A stretch of DNA of 64,000 nucleotides from Clostridiales bacterium UBA6330. Its GTDB lineage: Bacteria; Bacillota; Clostridia; Oscillospirales; CAG-272. The notes below the pieces were generated by a model. That model saw only the letters and a program-made list of their open reading frames with translations, did no database searches and was not told where the DNA came from. Shown here piece after piece: positions 43,139-51,864 of the stretch. Location of the stretch: assembly GCA_002438075.1 (NCBI GenBank), contig DJSQ01000212.1:20182-84181 (forward strand). The letters run 5' to 3'. Made by a program: the position numbers and the translations under genes. The stretch's first letter is position 1, and each line of letters opens with the position of its first letter.

Positions 43139-46100
43139 ATGAAAAAACGCAGTTATCGTATATGGTTACCTGCCCTGCTGGCGGTTGTATTGCTGGTTGG
43201 AATTATAGGCGGATCCATTGCGACTACCCTTGCCAACAGCGGCTTGGTTTCCGGTGGGCGGGGGTTGACCCGAGTCGGAAATCTCGATTTGGATGCGCTT
43301 CGGAGACAATATCTCTCGGAAGCGGTTCAGGAATATCAACGGTACAATTATTCGGGAGAACGGTGGGTCATTGTCGAGCTGAATGGCGATAACCTTTACG
43401 ATCTCTATCGGAAGAGTACCGGCTACGACAGCTTTCAGGCGTTCTGCGCGTCTGATGTGGGTAAGAAATACCGTGAGGAAATTTCGGAAAAGCAGCAGAG
43501 CTTTTTGGAGCGTCTGGATGCCTCCGATTTGGAATATTCCTATAAATATTCCTATTCCACACTGAACAATGGTATTGCAATCCGTATCGGCGGAGATGAT
43601 TGCCGCACCGTTTCCGAAATGGCGGACGTAAAGGGCGTTTATTTCTCCGAGAATTATGCGGTTCCGAAGGTAGCGGTCACCAATAACGCAAATGTCTATA
43701 CCACGGGTATTTACAATGCGAACGGAATCAGCGAAAAGGGCGAAGGAATGGTTGTTGCCATTCTGGATACGGGTCTGGATTATACGCATGAGGCGTTTCA
43801 GATGACGCTGAAGTCTCCGGCATGGAGCAAAAGCTACGTTGCACAGCGGATGGCGGCGGCAGGGGACAGCTTTTATGCCAAGGCATCCGTAGATGACGTT
43901 TATTACAATGAAAAGGTCCCGTTCGCTTATGACTACGCGGACGATGATAGTGATGTTTTCCCGCAATACAGCTCGCACGGCACGCACGTTGCGGGGATTG
44001 TGGCGGGCAAGAGCAATTATGTTGTCAATGAAGAGACCGGCGAGACCTTCCTTGGCGTTGCACCTGAGGCACAGCTTGTAATCGGCAAGGTCTTTACCGA
44101 CAACTTGGATAATGAAGGACTGGGCGGCGCAAATTCGGTGGATATTCTGGCGGCGATCAGCGACTGTGTTGAGCTTGGTGTTGACATCATCAACATGAGT
44201 CTCGGCTCAAGCGCCGGCTTCTCGGATGCAAAGAGCGACAGCTTCACCAATGGTGTTTACGATCGGGTCCGTGAAGCGGGCATCAGCTTGGTGGTTGCGG
44301 CGAGCAACGATTACAGCTCCGGCTTCGGCGGCGGGAACGGTACCAACCTTTCCGGAAACCCCGACAGCGGAACTGTCGGCTCTCCTTCCACCTATGACGC
44401 GGCGTTGTCTGTGGCTTCCATCAACGGACAGAAGGCAAGCTACATCCTTGCAAACGGGGAAGCGGCGTTCATCACAGAGGCGAGCGACGGAAACGGAAAC
44501 AAGTTTGATTTCGTCGGGCAGCTTTACGAGCTTACCGGAAAGTCTAAAAACGAAGTTCTCAATTTCAAGTATGTTGTCATCGGCGGTGTTGGCAGATCAA
44601 GCAACTACACCATGCAGGTCAAACGGGAGCTGCAGGACAAGTCCGGCTATGACGGAACGATAGCACTGGTTCAGCGTGGCGATATCACCTTTGCGGAAAA
44701 GGTGCAGAACGCAATGGACAACGGTGCGGATGCCGTTATCATTTACAACAATCTTTCGGGTACCATTTCCATGTCGCTCGGAGACGTGGAGAACCCTGTG
44801 CCGACCTGCTCCATTCAGATGGATGCGGGAAAGGTCCTGTTGGCAGGAGCTAAGGGCAGCATCGGTTCTGTGACCGTCGGCTCTCAGCAGAAGGCGGGAC
44901 CGTTCATGTCGGATTTCTCCAGCTGGGGACCGACTCCCGACCTGCGTCTGCGTCCCGAAATTACCGCGCACGGCGGAGAAATCACCTCGGCGGTTGCGGG
45001 CGGCTATGACATCTACAGCGGAACCAGTATGGCGGCGCCGAATATGGCGGGTGCCATTGCACTGCTTCGTCAGCATCTGAAGAACAGCGGGCTTTCGGGT
45101 AAGGCTTTGAATGCGCGCGTCAATCAGGTCCTGATGAGCACGGCAACCATTGCACTCAACGAAGAGGGCAACCCGTATTCCCCGAGAAAGCAGGGAGCGG
45201 GGCTTGCCGGAATCAAGGATGCGATTGAATCCGAAGGGTACATTACGGTTCGTGACAAGGACGGCAATGTGCTGGATAAAACCAAGGTGGAGTTGTTTGA
45301 CGATAAGGACAGACTCGGCGTTTACGAGTTTACCTTTACGGTTTGGAACGTCACCGATAAGGCGACCTCCTATCAGCCTACCACCTATGTAATGACCGAA
45401 ACGCTTGCTTCCGACGGAAAGACCGTTGCGGAGAAGGCGTATATGCTGAACAGCAACAGCACCGTGGTTTATACGGTGAACGGTGAAGAGCTGAACGGCT
45501 CGGTTACGGTTCCCGCGAACGGAAGCGTGGATGTCAAGGTCCGCATTACACTGAATGATACCGCGAAAAAGTACCTTGACGACAGCTTTGAAAACGGTAT
45601 GTATGTAGAAGGGTTTGTCTCTCTGAAGGCTGAAGGCGAGACAAAGATCACACTCGGCGTTCCGTATCTTGCGTTCTACGGGGATTGGAATGATGCGCCG
45701 CTGTTTGACTACAGCGAGTATGAGCTGGCGGAAAGCCAGAAGGATACCTCTGTACCCGAGGAGGATAAGCTGGTTGCAAGCGCGGCAAGCACCCGCGTCA
45801 TCGGAAGATACTACGGCAGTAAGTACATTCTGCCGATGGGGTCTTACATCTATACGATGGATGAGACGGACGTAAAGCTCTATCCCGAGAAGGAAAAGAT
45901 TGCAGTTTCGAGATTTGATACCGAGGGACAGCACACCATTTATGAAGTGTATATGGTCTACGCGGGATTGCTCCGCGGAGCGGCATATATGCACATTGAG
46001 GTGACGGACGCGGTAACGGGCGATGTGGTGTTCTCCAAGGTTCAGGAGAATGTCAGCAAGTCCTATGCGGCAGGCGGCTCGGCTCGCCCGTCGGCAGTCA

Positions 46101-49100
46101 TGCTGGAAATTAGTCCTGCGGAATGGAATCTGGTGAACAACGGAACCTACCTCGTTTCGCTCAAGGGTGAGCTTGATTATGAGGGCGGCGAAAATCCAAA
46201 GCGGAACAGCTTCGATTTTCAGTTTACTGTGGACTATGAGGCTCCGCAGATCAACGATTATCGCATCCGTTATGAGGCTTATACCGAAAACAAGCAGACC
46301 AAGTACCGCATTTACATGGATGTCGATGTGTACGACAACCAATATGTGCAGGACGTGATGCCCTGCTATGTGCGGGAAGATGCGGACGGTACAAGATCGC
46401 TGACGCTTCTGACGCAGTATCCGATTCCCGTATACGGTGAGCAGGGCAAGCAGTCTACGGTCAGCTTTGAGATTACCGATATCTATGACGACTATGTAAA
46501 GACCGGTAAGCTGTATCTGGCGGTTGAGGACTACGCAATGAACCAGACCACCTATCTGGTAACTCCGGAGGAGGGACTTGGCGAAGCGGGAACCATTACG
46601 CTGACCCCTGACGAGCTTCTGAAGAAAACAGATAAGATCGGAAACAACACAGACGATAAAAAGACACCGTATAACATCTATGAACTGACACTGGCACCCA
46701 ATCAGCTTTACAAGCCTACGGTGGATGCACCTGCCGGAAGCGGAGTGGCGCACAATCTGACGTGGCGGATTAAGAGCGGCAGTGAATATGTCCTGACGAA
46801 AAACGAAGAAATCTTTGCCAAGTCGGGAAGTGCAGGCAAGGATGTGATCATGCAGCTGATCTACGGAGATGATGACGATGAGAATTCGACCCCGATGATC
46901 TATGCAGAGGTCACCCTGCAAATACGCGGTGAAGAAAAAGCATTGCAGGATCCCGAAAAAATTGTGCTGGAGCCTGCACTCGATGCGGATTATCGCGCAG
47001 TGAACATCGACAGCCTTGCTGCAATTACATTGAACCCGAACATGACGGTTGCCATGCGTGCGGGCTTTACTCCTTGGTATCGGACCGACATTCCGCTGAA
47101 GTGGTCCTCCTCGAATGAGTCGGTTGCAAGGGTGGATGCGGACGGAAACGTGACTGCACTGGCAAAGGGCTCCGTATACATCACCGTGGAAGCGGAAGGG
47201 TATGCGCGTCTGAGAAAATCGGTGAGAGTTACGGTGAACAGCGAGTTCCGCGTGACAAGCTACACGCTGTATAACTACTACGGCGGCGAGAACTGCGAAA
47301 TTCCGGACAATCTGAATATTTCCTCTTTGGACGAGGATTGCTTCAAGAATAATAAGACTGTAAGACGGATCGTGCTTCCGAAATCGCTGACGGAAATTCC
47401 CGCCGGCGCGTTCATGGGATGCGACAATCTGGAGGAAATTGTAATCGGAAGCCAGTGCACAACGGTAGGCAATTATGCTTTCCGCGACTGCAAAAAGCTG
47501 AGGTCCATTGAGTTTGCTCCGTTTGCGGACCGTAACGGCAAGGTGTCCGAGGAGTTCGCAGGCACCATCACGATTGGCAGAGAGGCGTTTGCGGGTTGTA
47601 CCTCGCTGACGACCATTATCAATGAAAAGCGGATGACCGCGATTCATGCAAGCGCATTCTCCGGATGCTCCTCGCTGACCTCGATTGATCTGACACAGCT
47701 GCGTTACGCCGGGAAAGAAGCATTTGCGCGTTGCACTGCGTTGAGCACTGTTAACACGAGCGAGAACACCGCTTTCAGCGAAGGGATGTTCTCGGGGTGC
47801 ACAGCACTTACCGAATTTGTTTTCAAGGGCGATATCCTTCCGGCATCTGCGTTCAACGGCTGCCGCAAGCTCTCGTCGATTACCTTTACCTCCTTGAGCT
47901 TCCGCGGAATCGGTGAACGTGCACTTCTCGGAACAGCCATTACGCGAATTGTTCTGCCGAACGGTACCTACTCCATTGGGAAAAATGCTTTCCCGAGCCG
48001 ACTGCAAAGCGTTACGCTTTCAAAGGATACGGTTCTGAACGGTCTTTCCGAATCTCCTTTCGGTACCTGCACCGGCTTTACTGCTTTCGATGTGGAGCCG
48101 GGAAGCACGCACTACAGCGTGGTGAACGGTCTGCTTCTGAGCAAGGATCAAACCGAATTGATTGCGGTTCCTTACGGAAAGAGCGATGTGTCGCAGGAAA
48201 CAATTCCTTCAACAGTAAAAGTTCTCGCTTCCGGTGTGTTTGCGGGAATCCGCAGCATTACCGAATGGGATCTGACGGGGTGCACTTCGGTCGGCGCCTA
48301 TGCGTTCGCCGGCTCCGGTCTTACCACAGTAAATCTGGGCGGAATGACCTCGTTGCCCGATGGAATTTTCTCGGGGTGCAGTAAGCTGACAACCGTTACC
48401 GGCGCAGAGCAGGTAACATCGGTTGGAAAATATGCTTTTGCTTCCTGCCTTGGACTGAAGAGCATTTCGCTCCCCGCTGTTCGGACGCTTGGTGCATATG
48501 CGTTTAATGCTGCTGGAATTACAGCGATTGATGCGCCGCAGGTGACCTCGGTCGGTATCTGCGCCTTTGAGAGCACCCGGGTGACGGAGTTGAACTTCCC
48601 GAAACTGGCGGATATCGGTTATGCAGCGTTCCACGGAATGCCCAATCTCCGCACGGCAACCGTCGGTGCGGTGACCTACATGGGTGAACTGGCATTTGCC
48701 TCCTCTCCCAAGTTGACAACGGTGGTATTCGGTGACGGAACGACTGTCATTGGTGCGTATGCCTTCTACGACGGAAGCACGACGATGAGCCTTACCGAGG
48801 TGACGTTGCCCGATAGCGTGAAGCAAATCGGACAGTTGGCGTTTGCGAATACCGGAATTCTGAGCGTGAATCTCACAGGAGTGAACGAAATCGGTGCCTA
48901 TGCGTTTGCACAGTGCAAATCTCTTGAGACTGCGGACTTGAAAAACGCGAAAACCATCGGTGCCTATGCGTTCCTTTCCACTGCATTGACTTCGGTCAAT
49001 CTGGCGAATGCCGAAACCGTTGGTGAGCGTGCGTTCTACGGTGTGCCGCTGACCTCGGTCAACTTTGGAAAGCTCCGCGTGCTTGGAAGCTATGCGTTTG

Positions 49101-50722
49101 CAAATACCAAGCTGACTACGGTGACCTTGCCTGCAACCTTTACCGATGCTTACTACGATTATGAGTGGACGACCTACGATGAGAAGGGCAGAGTGGAGGA
49201 TGAGAAGTCCCGCAAGCTACCGTGCTACGGTGACGGTGCTTTCGCAGGAATTGCAACATTGCGTGAAATCAAGGTGGAATCCAACGGCGATTACCGTTCG
49301 ATTGACGGTGTCCTTTATGTCAGCACCGAAAACGGCTTGATTCTGTTGCAGTATCCGTTGGCGTGTGGACATACAAGCTATCGCGTTGCGGACGGGACGG
49401 TGATGATTGGAGCAAGCGCATTTGAGTGTCCCGATAAATACGAGAGTGAGACTGCGCTGACAACCATTGAATTCCCGTACACGCTGAAGCGCATCGGTGC
49501 ATATGCGTTCTATAAATCCAAGGTCGTTAACTACACCTTCAACAGCGTGGAGGCGCCGGTTCTGCTTTCCGAGTATGTTGATCCGAACCAGTCCTTCTCC
49601 GATCAGGTGCTCTCTGCAATCTTCGGCGACAGCTCCTCCGGAAACGCGCTTGGTTCCACCATCTACTACGCAAACTTTGCCGACTTCGTTGCAAAACGGG
49701 TTTACAAGGACATTTTCAACAAGGATTTCTATGATTCGGAGGATTTCGGACTGCATATGACCATTCCGAAGAACGGAACGGGCTATGATACCGTGATTTG
49801 GACAAGCTTCTTCGGCGACGTTCGGAAAACCGAGGAAAATCTGCCCGACGACACGACCCACGCCGCATTTGATGCAATTGACCGACTTCTGAACACCTCG
49901 CTTGAGAGCATTCAGGGCGCAACAACGCTCTCCGAGCTTGACGCGATTGCACAGGACGTGCTGGCGGCAAGACGTGCTTACAACCGTGTGACGCTGAGCG
50001 ATCAGCTGGCACTTTGTGCGGAGCGTTATGAGCGTCTGCTGAGCTATGAGAAGGCGCTTCGGGATGCGAAGGAGCGGCTGGGCGCACCTGTGGCAATCAA
50101 GGAGCTGAAGCTCTCTTCGATGCCGGATAAAATCCGTTATAAGGTGGGCGAGTCCTTTGACCCGACAGGAATGGTTCTCAAGCTGATTTATGAGGATGAA
50201 TCCGAAGTTCTGCTGACTGCCGGAAATTACACCCTGGACAAGACAGTTCTGCACGCGGGAGATGAATCGGTGACCATTACCTATACCGACCGCGGCAAGA
50301 CCTACACGGCTACTGTCAAGGTCAATGTGGAAGGGCAGGAGGTCAAAGAGCCCGAGGTGCTGGAGACCCCGACCGTTACGGTTTCGGAGAGCGGACTGGC
50401 TACATGGAACGCAGTTCCGAATGCGACAGGCTATCGCTACAGAATCGGCGACGGAGAAGAGCAGACCACGACCGCAACCGAGCTGCAACTGACCGACGGG
50501 CAGACCCTGACGGTGATGGCACTTGGTGACGGTACGAATTACACCGACAGCGCTTACAGTGAGGCGGTGACATGGACAAATCCCAACAAGGGTGAGACCA
50601 AGCCGGAAAAGAACGGCTTGCCCGCTTTTGCAATCGTTTTGATTGCATTGGGCGGGGTGGTTGTGCTTGGCGGAGCAGGCTTCGGTGTTTACCTCCTCAT
50701 TAAAAAGAAGAAAGGAAGATGA
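43139..50722 (+). CDS. Giant cell-envelope subtilase (S8, PA-domain insertion) fused to LRR, Ig-like and Fn3-like modules, with a C-terminal TM anchor (2,527 aa)
   Basis: Start at MKKRSYRIWLPALLAVVLLVG (GGAGGA RBS). Has an I9-like propeptide. Catalytic Asp is in VAILDTGLD (codon 43766-43768), His in HGTHVAG (43976-43978) and Ser in SGTSMAAPNMAG (45026-45028). PA domain: TIALVQRGDITFAEKVQNAMDNGADAVIIYNN. An LRR_5 array, a Big_3-like IRYKVGESFDPTGMVLKLIY... and ATWNAVPNATGYRYRI follow. It ends LPAFAIVLIALGGVVVLGGAGFGVYLLIKKKKGR. Confidence 0.9.
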   Translation: MKKRSYRIWLPALLAVVLLVGIIGGSIATTLANSGLVSGGRGLTRVGNLDLDALRRQYLSEAVQEYQRYNYSGERWVIVELNGDNLYDLYRKSTGYDSFQAFCASDVGKKYREEISEKQQSFLERLDASDLEYSYKYSYSTLNNGIAIRIGGDDCRTVSEMADVKGVYFSENYAVPKVAVTNNANVYTTGIYNANGISEKGEGMVVAILDTGLDYTHEAFQMTLKSPAWSKSYVAQRMAAAGDSFYAKASVDDVYYNEKVPFAYDYADDDSDVFPQYSSHGTHVAGIVAGKSNYVVNEETGETFLGVAPEAQLVIGKVFTDNLDNEGLGGANSVDILAAISDCVELGVDIINMSLGSSAGFSDAKSDSFTNGVYDRVREAGISLVVAASNDYSSGFGGGNGTNLSGNPDSGTVGSPSTYDAALSVASINGQKASYILANGEAAFITEASDGNGNKFDFVGQLYELTGKSKNEVLNFKYVVIGGVGRSSNYTMQVKRELQDKSGYDGTIALVQRGDITFAEKVQNAMDNGADAVIIYNNLSGTISMSLGDVENPVPTCSIQMDAGKVLLAGAKGSIGSVTVGSQQKAGPFMSDFSSWGPTPDLRLRPEITAHGGEITSAVAGGYDIYSGTSMAAPNMAGAIALLRQHLKNSGLSGKALNARVNQVLMSTATIALNEEGNPYSPRKQGAGLAGIKDAIESEGYITVRDKDGNVLDKTKVELFDDKDRLGVYEFTFTVWNVTDKATSYQPTTYVMTETLASDGKTVAEKAYMLNSNSTVVYTVNGEELNGSVTVPANGSVDVKVRITLNDTAKKYLDDSFENGMYVEGFVSLKAEGETKITLGVPYLAFYGDWNDAPLFDYSEYELAESQKDTSVPEEDKLVASAASTRVIGRYYGSKYILPMGSYIYTMDETDVKLYPEKEKIAVSRFDTEGQHTIYEVYMVYAGLLRGAAYMHIEVTDAVTGDVVFSKVQENVSKSYAAGGSARPSAVMLEISPAEWNLVNNGTYLVSLKGELDYEGGENPKRNSFDFQFTVDYEAPQINDYRIRYEAYTENKQTKYRIYMDVDVYDNQYVQDVMPCYVREDADGTRSLTLLTQYPIPVYGEQGKQSTVSFEITDIYDDYVKTGKLYLAVEDYAMNQTTYLVTPEEGLGEAGTITLTPDELLKKTDKIGNNTDDKKTPYNIYELTLAPNQLYKPTVDAPAGSGVAHNLTWRIKSGSEYVLTKNEEIFAKSGSAGKDVIMQLIYGDDDDENSTPMIYAEVTLQIRGEEKALQDPEKIVLEPALDADYRAVNIDSLAAITLNPNMTVAMRAGFTPWYRTDIPLKWSSSNESVARVDADGNVTALAKGSVYITVEAEGYARLRKSVRVTVNSEFRVTSYTLYNYYGGENCEIPDNLNISSLDEDCFKNNKTVRRIVLPKSLTEIPAGAFMGCDNLEEIVIGSQCTTVGNYAFRDCKKLRSIEFAPFADRNGKVSEEFAGTITIGREAFAGCTSLTTIINEKRMTAIHASAFSGCSSLTSIDLTQLRYAGKEAFARCTALSTVNTSENTAFSEGMFSGCTALTEFVFKGDILPASAFNGCRKLSSITFTSLSFRGIGERALLGTAITRIVLPNGTYSIGKNAFPSRLQSVTLSKDTVLNGLSESPFGTCTGFTAFDVEPGSTHYSVVNGLLLSKDQTELIAVPYGKSDVSQETIPSTVKVLASGVFAGIRSITEWDLTGCTSVGAYAFAGSGLTTVNLGGMTSLPDGIFSGCSKLTTVTGAEQVTSVGKYAFASCLGLKSISLPAVRTLGAYAFNAAGITAIDAPQVTSVGICAFESTRVTELNFPKLADIGYAAFHGMPNLRTATVGAVTYMGELAFASSPKLTTVVFGDGTTVIGAYAFYDGSTTMSLTEVTLPDSVKQIGQLAFANTGILSVNLTGVNEIGAYAFAQCKSLETADLKNAKTIGAYAFLSTALTSVNLANAETVGERAFYGVPLTSVNFGKLRVLGSYAFANTKLTTVTLPATFTDAYYDYEWTTYDEKGRVEDEKSRKLPCYGDGAFAGIATLREIKVESNGDYRSIDGVLYVSTENGLILLQYPLACGHTSYRVADGTVMIGASAFECPDKYESETALTTIEFPYTLKRIGAYAFYKSKVVNYTFNSVEAPVLLSEYVDPNQSFSDQVLSAIFGDSSSGNALGSTIYYANFADFVAKRVYKDIFNKDFYDSEDFGLHMTIPKNGTGYDTVIWTSFFGDVRKTEENLPDDTTHAAFDAIDRLLNTSLESIQGATTLSELDAIAQDVLAARRAYNRVTLSDQLALCAERYERLLSYEKALRDAKERLGAPVAIKELKLSSMPDKIRYKVGESFDPTGMVLKLIYEDESEVLLTAGNYTLDKTVLHAGDESVTITYTDRGKTYTATVKVNVEGQEVKEPEVLETPTVTVSESGLATWNAVPNATGYRYRIGDGEEQTTTATELQLTDGQTLTVMALGDGTNYTDSAYSEAVTWTNPNKGETKPEKNGLPAFAIVLIALGGVVVLGGAGFGVYLLIKKKKGR
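47360..49540 (+). repeat. Protein-level BspA-type LRR array inside the subtilase gene
   Basis: Consecutive units such as LPKSLTEIPAGAFMGCDNLEEIVIG, across about 720 aa. Confidence 0.8.
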
Positions 50723-51840
50723 CACTCGTGAAAAGAAGAAGCCTCTTTCCTCTGATTTGTGGCATTCTGCTCCTCACGGTTATACTCCTTCTCCCCTCCT
50801 GTGGGGAGAAGGGGACCGAGAAGCCCTATGATTTTCTTGTGACCTTCAATTACAACGTCGGAAATCTGGATGTCAGCTGCCCTGACCAGTATCTGGGCGT
50901 AAAATCCGGAGGTGTGGTTGGAATTGAGCCCGGCTTCAATGACGATTTTAAACTCCGTCCGATTGCAAACTACTATATTGAAGGCTGGTATACTCCAAAG
51001 CTGGCGGCGGACGGTACTCCGGAAAAGGATCCGACCACGGGGCGCGTGCTTTTGGATAAAAAGTGGAGCTTTGAAACCGATACCGTAACGGCGGATACCG
51101 TGCTTTACGCCAATCTGATTCGGCAGTCGACGTTGTCCTTTGTGGACATCGCAACGGGGGAGGTTGTCAAAACCCTGACCGCAACGCCCGGGACTCGGCA
51201 GAATGAGCTGATTTCGGTTTTGGCTCCTAAAAAGGACGGATACACGCTGGTTGGCTATTATACCGATGCCGCCAAGACCGAGCGTTTTCAATGGCCCTTT
51301 ATCTACGGCGATGAGGATGTCACCGCGTATGTGGATTTTTTGGAAGGAAACTGGTCGATTGCCGATTCTGCGGAGACCTTTAAGCGCGGAATTTCCGGAA
51401 ATAAAAATGTCTATGTGACGGCTGATCTTGATTTCTCGGACACCGTATGGGTTACAACCTCTTATAACGGTACCATTGAGGGCAACGGACACAAGTTGAC
51501 CGGTCTGACGCTGAAGAAGGATGGCAGCAAAACATCCACCTCCGGCTTCGGTCTGTTCACTACGTTGGGGGCAGACGCGAACCTTCGCAATCTGACAATT
51601 GAGAATCTGACAATTCGGTTTTCCGCAAGCTTAGCGGGAAGCTATCGAATCGCACCGATTGCGGATGAGATTAAGGCAGGCGCGAAATTCGATCACGTTA
51701 CCGTAACGGGCGAGCTGAGCTACGACATTTCAAAGGCGCCCACATCGGAGGTTTATCCGATTGCCGTGAAGAACGGCATATCGGATGCGGACATGACTGA
51801 CTGTGATTTGAATATCTCCCTCGTAAATGTTAACGGGTGA
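50719..51840 (+). CDS. Lipoprotein with InlB-type B-repeats and a C-terminal beta-helix/GLUG-like region
   Basis: 373 aa. Signal MTLVKRRSLFPLICGILLLTVILLLPSC. B-repeat units (YYIEGWYTPK, GYTLVGYYTD). GNGHKLTGLTL...SGFGLFTTLGADANLRNLTIENLTI resembles GLUG-type repeats. ATGA overlap with the subtilase stop. Confidence 0.7.
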   Translation: MTLVKRRSLFPLICGILLLTVILLLPSCGEKGTEKPYDFLVTFNYNVGNLDVSCPDQYLGVKSGGVVGIEPGFNDDFKLRPIANYYIEGWYTPKLAADGTPEKDPTTGRVLLDKKWSFETDTVTADTVLYANLIRQSTLSFVDIATGEVVKTLTATPGTRQNELISVLAPKKDGYTLVGYYTDAAKTERFQWPFIYGDEDVTAYVDFLEGNWSIADSAETFKRGISGNKNVYVTADLDFSDTVWVTTSYNGTIEGNGHKLTGLTLKKDGSKTSTSGFGLFTTLGADANLRNLTIENLTIRFSASLAGSYRIAPIADEIKAGAKFDHVTVTGELSYDISKAPTSEVYPIAVKNGISDADMTDCDLNISLVNVNG

Positions 51841-51864
51841 AAGAAAATAAAAGGAGAAACAAAA

